NCBI GenBank assembly: GCA_963840455.1
Contig: CAWIYV010000011.1
Coordinates: 416,001 to 480,000 of the forward strand
Source: Nitrospirota bacterium
GTDB lineage: Bacteria; Nitrospirota; UBA9217
Reading direction: 5' to 3'
DNA: 64,000 nt
Positions 31,071-40,396 of this stretch are shown here, piece by piece (position 1 is the first letter of the stretch; each line of letters begins with the position of its first letter). The notes below the pieces were generated by a model that was not told where the DNA came from, ran no database searches, and saw nothing but the letters and a program-made list of their open reading frames with translations. The position numbers and the translations under genes were made by a program.

Positions 31071-31892
31071 TCAAACGTTCCTCCGGAGTTTTCTGACCCT
31101 TCTGGTGAAACGCAGCCAGATCCAGCGCATGATGCCCGGGCTGATCCGGTTAATCCGCCAGAACCACCAGGCCATGGAGGTGACGAGGATGATCGGCTTG
31201 TTCCGCTCCACGCCGCGCAGAATCTTCCTGGCGCAGTGCTCCGGCGCCATGAGCCCGGGCAGTATCTGCAGCAGCTGCTGCCGGTCGATCCCGATCAGCT
31301 TGATGTTCCGGAGGAACGGCGTGTCGATCAAGCCCGGGCAGACGACGCTCACCTTCACGCCCAGGTCCCTGGCCTCGATGCGGAGCGATTCCGAGAGTCC
31401 CACGACAGCGTACTTGCTTGCCGTGTAGGAGATCTCTCCCGGCGACGGGACCAGGCCCGCCAGGGACGCGGTGTTCACGATGTGTCCGAAGCCCTGCTTT
31501 GCCATGACGGGGTAGGCAGCGGCCACGCAATGGACCGTGCCGAAGAGGTTCGTGTCGACGACTGTTCGCCAGTCTTCGAGCGAAAGGTCCCGGGCATCGC
31601 CGACCACACCGATGCCGGCATTGCTAAAAAGATAGTCGAGCCTTCCGTGCCGGGCGACGGCGCCATCGATGAGATTTCGGACCGCCGCGGCGTCGGTCAC
31701 GTCGACGACGGTAGAAGATGCGCGCAGGCCGGCACCGCCCAAGGATGCGATCGCTGCTGCGAGCCCCGCTGCGTGCCTGTCCGCCATGACCACCACGGCG
31801 CCTCGCGCACAGAGCTCGCGCGACAGGGCGAGGCCGATGCCCGAGGCGGCGCCGGTGACGATCGCTATCCTATCTGAAAAGAGTGAGGTCAT
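31071..31892 (-). CDS. Short-chain dehydrogenase/reductase
   Basis: TGAASGIG, SNAG and YTASK. Confidence 0.92.
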   Translation of the reverse strand: MTSLFSDRIAIVTGAASGIGLALSRELCARGAVVVMADRHAAGLAAAIASLGGAGLRASSTVVDVTDAAAVRNLIDGAVARHGRLDYLFSNAGIGVVGDARDLSLEDWRTVVDTNLFGTVHCVAAAYPVMAKQGFGHIVNTASLAGLVPSPGEISYTASKYAVVGLSESLRIEARDLGVKVSVVCPGLIDTPFLRNIKLIGIDRQQLLQILPGLMAPEHCARKILRGVERNKPIILVTSMAWWFWRINRISPGIMRWIWLRFTRRVRKLRRNV

Positions 31893-31968
31893 TGCCGTGC
31901 ATGGCAGGACTGCTGGATCGATCCGGATCGATGCAGGGGGCATCGCAACGAACGACGCTGTTTCCCTG

Positions 31969-33456
31969 CTATCCCACCCTTCTGAAGTCAATATAGCCTC
32001 GCTCCACGTCAATGCTGACGAGCTCGACACGTACGCGGTGGCCCACGTCCAGGCCGATCAGACCGCTCGCCAGCCGTCCCTCGATGGGCGGATGGAAGAG
32101 CCTGACCCACGTCCCCTTGTCCGCTGCGCCTGTCACGATGGCGTCGAACTGCTCGCCGATCCGGTGCTCCAGGAGCATCGCTGCCGCGGATTTCCTGACC
32201 TGCCGCTCAACCTTCTTGGCCGCATCCTCTTTTTCAGTGCAATGCTTTGCGAGCGCTGAAAGCTCTTCATTGGTGTAGGGCAGCGTCCTGCCTGACAGCG
32301 CCGACTTCAGCAGCCGCTGGGTGAGAAGGTCCGGAAAGCGCCGGTTCGGAGCGGTCGAATGGGAATAGTCCCTGACCGCGAGTCCGAAGTGGCCGCTCGT
32401 TGCACCGCCCGGCACCTCGACAGCGTACTCGCCCGCGCCAAGGAGCTTGATGACCGAGAGGGAAAGGTCAGGGAACCGGAGCGGGTCCCGTTCCCGCGCT
32501 TTCGCAAGAAAAGCCTCCAACGCCCGCGCATCGGGCGCTTCCGGCAACGTGTGGCCTTGGTCTGCGGCGAGCTCCCGGATCCGGTCCCACCGCTGCGGCG
32601 TGCGCACCACACGCCGGAAGGACGGCAGACCCTTTGCCGCGAGGAAACGGGCGGTCACGCCGTTCGCCGCGATCATCAGGTCCTCGATGATGTCCTTGGC
32701 CCGGTTCTTCCTTTCCGCCTCGAGGTCCCGCAACGAACCGTCGTCGAACACGATGCGCGCCTCAATGGTCTCGAGGGTCAACGCCCCGTGCTCGTGCCGG
32801 AGCTTCTTGAGCTGCTGCGCAACGCCGTCCTGCAACCGGAGGTTCGCCTCGAGGCCGGGGACCGCGCTGACCTCCGCCGGCATCGGACCGCTGCCCTCCA
32901 GCCAGGCGGCAACGCTGTTGTAAGCGAGCTTCGCCTTGTTCCGGACCAGCGCCCGGTTCACATCGGACCGCAGCAGCGATCCGTCGCTGCCCAGGGCCAT
33001 CTCAACGACCATGGCGAAGCGGTCCGAGGCGAAGTTGAGCGACGTAAGATCCGTGGAGAGCTTCTCGGGCAGCATGGAAAATATCCTGGCTGCCGTGTAG
33101 ACCGATGTGGTGTTCTGGCGCGCGTGCTCGTCGATGGCTGAGCCCTTGGTGACCAATGCGTCGACATCGGCCACGGCGACCAGGACCTTCACGCTGCCGT
33201 CGGGCATTGCCTCGGCGACGGACAACTGGTCCAGGTCGCGTGAGTCGTCGTTGTCGATGGAGCACCACAGGAGGCCTCGGAGGTCGCGGACGCTGTCATC
33301 CGCCGCCGTTGCGGGCCCTTTCAGTCCGTCGAGCTCGGACAGCGCGCCGGGGGAGAAATCGGGGAGCAGGCCCCGCTCGAGCATGGCCCTGCGGGCGATC
33401 TTCGCCAGGATGGCGCGGTGCTGCCTGTCGTGGCTATCATGGGAAATATCGTTCAT
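31969..33456 (-). CDS. RNB-domain exoribonuclease (RNase II/R family) lacking N-terminal cold-shock domains
   Basis: SIDNDDSRDLDQ, HFGLA..YSHSTAPNRRFPDL and a C-terminal S1-like domain. Confidence 0.9.
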   Translation of the reverse strand: MNDISHDSHDRQHRAILAKIARRAMLERGLLPDFSPGALSELDGLKGPATAADDSVRDLRGLLWCSIDNDDSRDLDQLSVAEAMPDGSVKVLVAVADVDALVTKGSAIDEHARQNTTSVYTAARIFSMLPEKLSTDLTSLNFASDRFAMVVEMALGSDGSLLRSDVNRALVRNKAKLAYNSVAAWLEGSGPMPAEVSAVPGLEANLRLQDGVAQQLKKLRHEHGALTLETIEARIVFDDGSLRDLEAERKNRAKDIIEDLMIAANGVTARFLAAKGLPSFRRVVRTPQRWDRIRELAADQGHTLPEAPDARALEAFLAKARERDPLRFPDLSLSVIKLLGAGEYAVEVPGGATSGHFGLAVRDYSHSTAPNRRFPDLLTQRLLKSALSGRTLPYTNEELSALAKHCTEKEDAAKKVERQVRKSAAAMLLEHRIGEQFDAIVTGAADKGTWVRLFHPPIEGRLASGLIGLDVGHRVRVELVSIDVERGYIDFRRVG

Positions 33457-33516
33457 GGGGATGGGACTACTATAAAGGAAGACGAGATTTCCTGCAAGGG
33501 GGTCAAATGCAGCCGG

Positions 33517-34047
33517 TCACTGCGGGCAGCCGCGCGCTCGTTCCCCCAGTGCCGCGATGACCCGCGCGCAGACCGCTTCATGGGTAAGCCCGCCACAGTC
33601 GATCGTAATGTCGGCGTACTTCCGGTACAGGGGCGTCCGCTCATCGTAAAGGTCGCGGAAGCTCTGGTCCGGCCGCTTCGCGAGGCCCCGCGTGTCGATG
33701 TCCCGCACGCGCTCTTCCAGTGTTGCCAGGCCTACGTCGAGGAACACGACCGTGCCGTGCCGCTTCAGGTGCGCCATGGCAGCCGGGCTGTAGACCGCGC
33801 TGCCGCCTGTGGCGATGATGCAGCCCATGCAGCCGTGTCCGACAATGACCTGTTCTTCGATGGCGCGCAGGGCCAGGTGGCCGTCCTTGTCGACGATCTC
33901 CTGGAGCGGCCTCCCCTCCTGCGACTGGATCAGCACGTCGGTGTCGATGAAGCTCCGGCAGGTCAGCTTGGCCAGAAGGACGCCGACCGTGCTTTTGCCT
34001 GCGCCGGGCATGCCGATCAGGACGATAGAAGAGGAGGATGCGGTCAT
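33517..34047 (-). CDS. aroK: Shikimate kinase
   Basis: GMPGAGKST, IDTD, IATGGS and ERTPLY. Confidence 0.88.
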   Translation of the reverse strand: MTASSSSIVLIGMPGAGKSTVGVLLAKLTCRSFIDTDVLIQSQEGRPLQEIVDKDGHLALRAIEEQVIVGHGCMGCIIATGGSAVYSPAAMAHLKRHGTVVFLDVGLATLEERVRDIDTRGLAKRPDQSFRDLYDERTPLYRKYADITIDCGGLTHEAVCARVIAALGERARGCPQ

Positions 34048-34116
34048 GTACGCTTCCTCGTGCCGGCCCGGAGCACCTTGTCTGCTTTCAGTTCGACCGG
34101 CATGACGCACCTTCTG

Positions 34117-34656
34117 TCAGATAAAGAGTTGGACCCTGCTTGTAGTTGCTTCCGCCAGGAACGCCGCGACGCCGCATTGACTCATGTGCGGGTAGTCGAT
34201 CAGCTCCTCGCGCTTGAATCCCATGAGACCCATGGACATCTCGCAGACGCAGATCTCGACGCCCATCTGGCCGGCAAGGGTCAGCATCTCGCTGAGAGAA
34301 GCAACCTTTTTCTGTTTCATGAGCGTCTTCATCATAGCGGTCCCCATGCCGCCCATGTTCATTTTGGAGAGCTTCACCTTGGACGCTCCCTTCGGCAGCA
34401 TGAAGCCGAACATCTTCGACATCAGGTTCTTCCCTTCCACGCTCTTCCGGGCATCACGCAGCGCCGCTGTTCCCCAGAAGGTGAAGAAGAGTCTGGCCTT
34501 CATGCCCATGGCCACCGCCCCGGTCGAGAGGATCAGCGCCGCCAGCAGCTTGTCGAGATCACCGGAAAAAACAATGAGCGATATCTTGTTTTCCACCGGC
34601 AGGTTCACTCCTGCAGCATGCCGGGGCTGTTCCTTGGCCGCCTGTTCCGTCTCCAT
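34117..34656 (-). CDS. DsrE/DsrF/DrsH-like sulfur-relay protein
   Basis: FSGDLDK, FFTFWG and VCEMSM. Confidence 0.88.
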   Translation of the reverse strand: METEQAAKEQPRHAAGVNLPVENKISLIVFSGDLDKLLAALILSTGAVAMGMKARLFFTFWGTAALRDARKSVEGKNLMSKMFGFMLPKGASKVKLSKMNMGGMGTAMMKTLMKQKKVASLSEMLTLAGQMGVEICVCEMSMGLMGFKREELIDYPHMSQCGVAAFLAEATTSRVQLFI

Positions 34657-34685
34657 GGCCGTTCCCTCCTTGTGTGATGACTCCA

Positions 34686-34892
34686 TCATTCCTTCTCAAG
34701 CGTGTCCGTCGCGCGCTTGTACTGTTCCAGGGCCGCAACCAGCAGTTCCAGCGCCGGCAGGATCATCGTGCGCTTGTCATCGGGAATGTGCTCCAGGACC
34801 TGGTCATACACGCCCGCCTGCTCTTCGATGATCGCCTGCCGGATTTCCTGGCCACGCTCCGTAAGCTCGATGAGCGCTCGCCACCCATACAG
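34686..34892 (-). pseudogene. Start-less C-terminal half of a MarR-like regulator
   Basis: Open frame RALIELTERGQEIRQAII..LEHIPDDKR..LELL with gene-like codon usage. Begins right after the ychJ TAG. Confidence 0.55.
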
Positions 34893-35378
34893 CTAACCAC
34901 AGCATTTCTTGAACTTCTTCCCGCTGCCGCAGGGACAGGGACCGTTGCGGCCGGCCTTGGGTTCCTGGCGCACAACCGGCCGCGGCGGCAGTGCCTTTCC
35001 TGTCACGAAGTACCAGATGCCGCCGGTCTTCTGGAACGAGGACAGCTCGCGGTACTCCTGCCGGACCCCGTTCTCCGTGTAGGAGACCACGAACTCGACC
35101 GTGCCGTCCTTGTCGTCGGGTCCGCCCTTCACGGTACGCAGGATCCCGATGCCATGCCACTCCGCACGTTCTGCCCAGGCGCGGCTGCTCGCCTCATCGT
35201 AATCGGCGCGGTGTCCGGGATGCAGGGACTCGCGGAGCCATGCGAGCTCCTTCTTGACATAGGCGGTATACCGCGAACGCATGACCTGCTCTGCCCTGTC
35301 GGCTCGCTGTTCGCCGGCAATCACGGGGTGGCAGCATTCAGCATAGGGACGTTTTGAACCGCAGGGACAGATATTCAT
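34893..35378 (-). CDS. ychJ: YchJ (UPF0225) protein with N- and C-terminal SEC-C motifs
   Basis: [16 protein letters not shown] and [19 protein letters not shown]. Confidence 0.92.
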   Translation of the reverse strand: MNICPCGSKRPYAECCHPVIAGEQRADRAEQVMRSRYTAYVKKELAWLRESLHPGHRADYDEASSRAWAERAEWHGIGILRTVKGGPDDKDGTVEFVVSYTENGVRQEYRELSSFQKTGGIWYFVTGKALPPRPVVRQEPKAGRNGPCPCGSGKKFKKCCG

Positions 35379-35512
35379 GGAAGGCTCCTTGCAAGGATTA
35401 TCGGGGCGAGAAGAACTTACAATAAAGAGGGGCTCAATGCAAGGATTTTGCGGCATCGCACAGAAGGACGGGGAGGAGCGCGGACCGCGCCCCTCCCCGA
35501 AGAATGTTCCGA

Positions 35513-36142
35513 TCAGTGACCGTGTTCCGGCTCTTCTTCGTAGCCCGTAAACATGGCCTTGATGTGCTCGAGCGGTGTGCGGCCGAGCGTGGTGAGGTAG
35601 ATATGGACGAAGAGGAAGGCCGCGAAGCAGATGGCCACGAGCAGGTGCGTGGTACTGACCGCCTTGATCCCCCCGATGACGTCGATGAACGCTGCGAACC
35701 GGTCGATGTCCCACAGCAGGATGCCGGTGGCGATCAGCAGCGGCATCAGGAAGAACATGATGCTGAAATAGGCGAGCTGCTGCATGGGATTGAACTTGTG
35801 GTCCAGTGTCGCGTGGTGGGGGTTCGGCTCACCCCTGAAGATGCCGTAACCGTAGTACACCGCCTGCTTCCAGGCATTCTGGACGAAGCGTTTGATGTTC
35901 AGGTCCGGAATGTACACCTTCATGTTGCCCGAAGCCGTATAGTACGCGGCCCAGAAAAGAAAAAGCCCGATCAGGGAGAACCCGACGAAATTATGGACGT
36001 CCACGGCGGTCTGGAAAGACATCAGGTTCAGAATGCCGCGGTATCTGATCTGCACGCCTGTGATGATCAGCACGACAAAGCAGAGAACGTTGAGCCAGTG
36101 CCACATCCTGACCGGCAGCGTATGAAGATAGATCCTGTTCAT
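35513..36142 (-). CDS. Di-heme cytochrome b subunit (Ni-hydrogenase/FdnI/CbcB-like)
   Basis: [22 protein letters not shown] and H..VHIYL. Confidence 0.92.
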   Translation of the reverse strand: MNRIYLHTLPVRMWHWLNVLCFVVLIITGVQIRYRGILNLMSFQTAVDVHNFVGFSLIGLFLFWAAYYTASGNMKVYIPDLNIKRFVQNAWKQAVYYGYGIFRGEPNPHHATLDHKFNPMQQLAYFSIMFFLMPLLIATGILLWDIDRFAAFIDVIGGIKAVSTTHLLVAICFAAFLFVHIYLTTLGRTPLEHIKAMFTGYEEEPEHGH

Positions 36143-37821
36143 GCTTTTCCCCTCCCTTCCGGCTTCTTTGTGCCCTTGCGCAGGCGCCTGGTCATGAACC
36201 GGGCAGTTCCATGCAGGACCGGGAACGCGATTCCCCCCAGGATGATCACGACCCCTGCGTAGTCCATGGCCGTCAGGCGGGTGCCGCTCATTACGTAAAA
36301 GCGCTTCAGCAGGATCACGCCGTACGCGGAGCCCAGTGCTTTTGGATCTACGTCATGCAGGACCTCCCGGCCGTCCGGACCGGCGGCAGCCACAGCCACG
36401 GTCTTAAAGAAGGAGGAATCCGCGGAATGGCATATGTCGCACCGTTTGACCGCAATGGCCTTCGGCGCCAGGTAATGGGCGTTCTTCCGGATATCCATGC
36501 TGACCGCCACTGCCACGTTCACGGCCTTTGCCGCGTTAAGGTCGCGGTAGAGCTGCCAGAGCTCCTTCGGCCCGATCTGTTTGGCGGTGACGCCGCGCGC
36601 CTTGAGGAGCGTCTGCACCTCGGCGTCATTCAAGAGCTTTCCTGTGGCAGCGTCGGTGAACCGCAGGTAGATGCTTCGCTTGTATTCGAGCGGCACATGG
36701 CACGCCGTGCAAGCAACCATTTCCAGGTGCGCCTTCGGGTTTGGCAGCCGCTGCCCGTGATCCTTCTCGAAGTTGGGATGGCAGGCGAGGCACATGTCCC
36801 GGGGTGAGCGCGAGGCCATCGCCGGCTTCACATCATGGGCGTTATGGCATTCCGCGCAGAGCGGCGGATGCGCCGTGGCGGTCGGCTTGGTCATGCCGTG
36901 GATGCTCGTACGGTAGGCATCATAGATGTCCACATGGCATTTCTTGCAGGGCACGCCTTCCTGGGTATCCGCCAGCGCACCGGGCCCGACCCGATGGGCT
37001 CCGTGGCAGTCCGAACAGCCCGGGGCCCGCTGGTCGCCCGCTGCGAGCAGGGCGGCATGGATGCTGTCCTTATGCTTGACCGCTTTCTCGAAATGGCAGC
37101 GCTCACAGGCCAACGACGCTGCGTGGGCGAGCTCGCGGCCGCTTGCAGAAGCCTTCGGTGGTGGATGACTCCCCTTCGAGTAGGCTGTGTGGCAGTCGGT
37201 GCACGCGTGCCCCCGGTGGACGGACCCTTTGATCCAAGCCTCGTCGATGGTCAGCGAGATCGTCTTGCCGTCGGTCGACCGCGTGAGCGGCTTGCTGTGG
37301 CAGGTGAGGCAGTACTGCGTATCGGTGCCTTTATCCTTGCGGGCGAGCGTCTTGACGATCGCGTGAGATCCGTGGCAGGTCGAACAAGGCTGCGCGTCAG
37401 CCCGGGAGATGGCGCGCTGGTGCACCGGGTTGGCCGTCAGCTGGCTGTCTGCATGGCACGTCCTGCAGGCCTTGACGACATGCAGCACGAACTGCTTCTT
37501 CGTGGCATACGTCGCCGAGGGATGATTATCGAGTTTCACGTCGGTATGGCAGCTGGTACAGCCGAGGGGGCCGTGCACCGAGCTTGCGAAGCCTTTGCCG
37601 TCAACCTGCACCGAGACCGTGGTCTTGTCGCTGAAGGTCTTCGTGCCAGGGCTAGCATGGCAGGTGAGGCAGGTCTCCGCTTCGTCGGAAAGCTTAGCAG
37701 GCGCTGACAGTGCGGCGCGTGGAACGAACAGGTACAGTATGAGAATGAGGATGAGCAGGACCGTTAACAGGTTGCCGGCTGCGTCCTTGCGGATTGCCGG
37801 CCCGCCGCTGGGAAAGAGCAT
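36139..37821 (-). CDS. Membrane-anchored multiheme cytochrome c (13 CxxCH, CbcA-like)
   Basis: 13 CxxCH motifs counted, N-terminal signal/TM and C-terminal TM with His. Overlaps the cytochrome b start. Confidence 0.93.
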   Translation of the reverse strand: MLFPSGGPAIRKDAAGNLLTVLLILILILYLFVPRAALSAPAKLSDEAETCLTCHASPGTKTFSDKTTVSVQVDGKGFASSVHGPLGCTSCHTDVKLDNHPSATYATKKQFVLHVVKACRTCHADSQLTANPVHQRAISRADAQPCSTCHGSHAIVKTLARKDKGTDTQYCLTCHSKPLTRSTDGKTISLTIDEAWIKGSVHRGHACTDCHTAYSKGSHPPPKASASGRELAHAASLACERCHFEKAVKHKDSIHAALLAAGDQRAPGCSDCHGAHRVGPGALADTQEGVPCKKCHVDIYDAYRTSIHGMTKPTATAHPPLCAECHNAHDVKPAMASRSPRDMCLACHPNFEKDHGQRLPNPKAHLEMVACTACHVPLEYKRSIYLRFTDAATGKLLNDAEVQTLLKARGVTAKQIGPKELWQLYRDLNAAKAVNVAVAVSMDIRKNAHYLAPKAIAVKRCDICHSADSSFFKTVAVAAAGPDGREVLHDVDPKALGSAYGVILLKRFYVMSGTRLTAMDYAGVVIILGGIAFPVLHGTARFMTRRLRKGTKKPEGRGKA

Positions 37822-37955
37822 ACTCTCGACCCTCCTTTTCGGACAATGGGAACGTCAGACGCACAATAGTTTAAACATAGATGAAAATGCTGAAATGTCA
37901 AGGGCGGGGGAGGGAAAAGAGCGCAACAATATGCACCGTAGGGGATACAAGGCCG

Positions 37956-38073
37956 TTGAAGCTCCCTGCAGCAAGCTGCAGGGGATCTTCGATCCTCAAG
38001 GTAGTACTATTTTATTCTAATCGCTCGCTAACCCCGCAGCAAGCTACGGGGAATGCGCTCGCTCCTGGATTCA
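37956..38073 (+). mobile_element. Two-hairpin dispersed element, copy 4
   Basis: Near-consensus copy. Confidence 0.92.
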
Positions 38074-38480
38074 TGCCCCTGTCCTCGGTTTGATCAACGG
38101 GGCGTTGATGCTTTCTGCATCAAGTTGCAGGGAATGTACTTGCTCCTGGATGTATGGGACCAAGAATAGGAAGGGCCCCGAAGGCCGGGGTCAGGTTCCG
38201 CGATGCTTCGTACTTCAGAACAGCTCCCCTGCCTTGACAGGGAAGATCAGGCGGCCATGGCCTTTGTCCACCCGTGCGGCCTCGGGACAGGGGCCTCGGC
38301 CGAACCAGGTAACGGCCAATATACGGTCCGGGAGAACGCGGGAGAATAGGAACAGTGCCGCAAGCACGTGCAGCGAGACAAGCATGAAGGTCCTGGAGAA
38401 CCTGCACCTGCGAGGCTTGAAACCTCTGCGTCAGTCATGCTCCCTTCCCTGCCCTGCAAAGGCCTTTGCTCCGCGCCCGG

Positions 38481-39896
38481 TCACGGCGTCATGAACTCCC
38501 CGGCACGCCGGCAAGCCGCGGCTGCTGCTTCGATCAGCTTCTGTTCCGTATCGATCTTTCGGTCCGGCAGCCCCGCAACACCGATGCTCATCGTGACCTT
38601 CGTTGAATCGGCCCAGGTGAACGGGTGGATTGCCACGGCATCGAGGACCCGCGCGGCCGCCTGCACCGCGTCGTTCTTCATGGTGTTCGGAAGCAGGACC
38701 ATGAGCGCCTCGCCGGACCACCAGGCGGCAGTGTCTACCTCCCGGATCGTATGCTGTATGAGCTGTACGATCGCCTTGAGCATTGACTTATCCGCCTGCC
38801 GTCCCAGCTTCCCGCCTTCCAGGTCGATCATCATGCAGCTCATCTGCTGTTTGAAGCGCACCACGCGCTTGAACTCCTTTGAGAACATTGTTTCGAACTG
38901 CCGACGGCTGAACAGGCCCGTTTCGTGATCGACGACCTCGTCCCCCATGACCGGGTCGGGAGGCTTTGCGGCCGTCGTCTGTCCGGGCTGCTGGTCCGTC
39001 TTTGGCTCTACCTGCTGCAGCCCTGCAGGCTTCGGCTCCGCAGCCGGCGCAGGTCCCGGTTCCTGCTGAGGAACAACGGTCCGTTCGGGCGTCGGCTGCG
39101 CTATCTGCACCGCTGTCATAACCGGTTCCGGCTGCGGCACAGCAAGCTTCGGTTCCGCTGCAGGCGCAGGTCCCGATTCCTGCTGAGGAACAACGGTCCG
39201 CTCGGGCGTCGGCTGCGCTATCTGCACCGCTGTCATAACCGGTTCCGGCTGCGGCACAGCAAGCTTCGGTTCCGCTGGCGGCGCAGGTCCCGATTCCTGC
39301 TGAGGAACAACGGTCCGCTCGGGCGTCGGCTGCGCTATCTGCACCGCTGTCATAACCGGTTCCGGCTGCGGCACAGCAAGCTTCGGTTCCGCTGCCGGCA
39401 CAGGTCCCGGTTCCTGAGGAACAACGGTCCGCTCCGGCATCGGCTGCTTTGCCTGCCCCACTGTCATAACCGCTTGAGGTGGCAGCGCTGGTGCTGCCGA
39501 CACTTCCGGTTGCACCTCTACTGCCTGCTTCCTGAGCGTCACAGCGATCCTGGCATCGAGTTCGCCCTCGCTGTAGGGCTTGACAAGAAAGTCATCGGGC
39601 CCGCCGTTGTTGCCGTCTGATCGCACCGGCGTGTACCCGTTCCCGGCGAGCAGGATGATCGGCACGGACTGCATGGCCTCGCGCGCTCGGAACCGCCTGC
39701 AGAGATCGCTCCCTTCGATGTCGGGAAGCGCTACGTCGATCAGAATAAGGTCCACGGACTGCCGCTTGGCGGCGGCGAGCGCCGCCACACCGGACCCGGC
39801 CCAGACAACTGCATAGCCCGCACCTTCCAGGTGACGCTTGGTGCTGTTGCCATGGGTATGCGCATTCTGAGCCAGCAATATTGTTGCCTTGGTCAT
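38481..39896 (-). CDS. Atypical receiver + Pro-rich tandem-repeat linker + degenerate GGDEF protein
   Basis: DLILID..LVKP, then DHETGLFSRR..REVDTAAWWSGEAL..VTMSIGVA. Confidence 0.88.
   Translation of the reverse strand: MTKATILLAQNAHTHGNSTKRHLEGAGYAVVWAGSGVAALAAAKRQSVDLILIDVALPDIEGSDLCRRFRAREAMQSVPIILLAGNGYTPVRSDGNNGGPDDFLVKPYSEGELDARIAVTLRKQAVEVQPEVSAAPALPPQAVMTVGQAKQPMPERTVVPQEPGPVPAAEPKLAVPQPEPVMTAVQIAQPTPERTVVPQQESGPAPPAEPKLAVPQPEPVMTAVQIAQPTPERTVVPQQESGPAPAAEPKLAVPQPEPVMTAVQIAQPTPERTVVPQQEPGPAPAAEPKPAGLQQVEPKTDQQPGQTTAAKPPDPVMGDEVVDHETGLFSRRQFETMFSKEFKRVVRFKQQMSCMMIDLEGGKLGRQADKSMLKAIVQLIQHTIREVDTAAWWSGEALMVLLPNTMKNDAVQAAARVLDAVAIHPFTWADSTKVTMSIGVAGLPDRKIDTEQKLIEAAAAACRRAGEFMTP
39029..39471 (-). 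repeat. Coding tandem repeat, 117-bp unit (39 aa), about 3.8 copies
   Basis: TCCTGCTGAGGAACAACGGTCCG recurs at 39061, 39178 and 39295, and lacking one codon at 39412. Confidence 0.95.
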
Positions 39897-40210
39897 TACA
39901 GGTTCACCTGTCCGGAGATCCGGTTGGTCAAGAAAGAAACATACTCTTCGAGGTGCAAAGGTACGGGCAGTGCGAACAGGGGGCAAGGATATCCGCACGT
40001 GTATGCAAAGTATTGCATATCTCGGTGCCGGGACGCAAGGGGTAATTTAGGGGCATGCTGATGACCGGATCGCAGGAGCAGGCGTACTCGTGTTCTACCA
40101 TTGATCGTTCGACGGAACTGCGGAGTATTCCTAGACAGGAGGCACGCGCTCGGTCATGCATCCGGAAAGAACCAGGGTGAGGGAATATGTTAGGACGGCC
40201 ACAGCTCTCA

Positions 40211-40368
40211 TTGAAGCTCCCTGCAGCAAGCTGCACGGAATCTTCGATCCTCAAGGAACTTTTATTATTCTAATCGCTCGCTAACCCCTGCACTCGCGGT
40301 TCCCCTCGTAAACGCTGGGGGCAAGACCCCGCAGCAATCTACGGGGAATGCGCTCGCTCCTGGATTCA
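40211..40368 (+). mobile_element. Two-hairpin dispersed element, copy 5, with a 42-bp internal insertion
   Basis: Consensus interrupted at CTAACCCC by 37 nt plus a duplicated ACCCC. Confidence 0.9.
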
Positions 40369-40396
40369 ATCCTTCCCCGCCAGAGGGGGGGGCGGC

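Noticed and set aside
38090-38480. Gene or gene remnant between element copy 4 and the REC-GGDEF gene
   Set aside because: Short frames with no recognisable family or consistent start.
39029-39471. Link between the 117-bp coding repeat and the ~117-bp dispersed element
   Set aside because: Same length but no sequence similarity, so coincidental.
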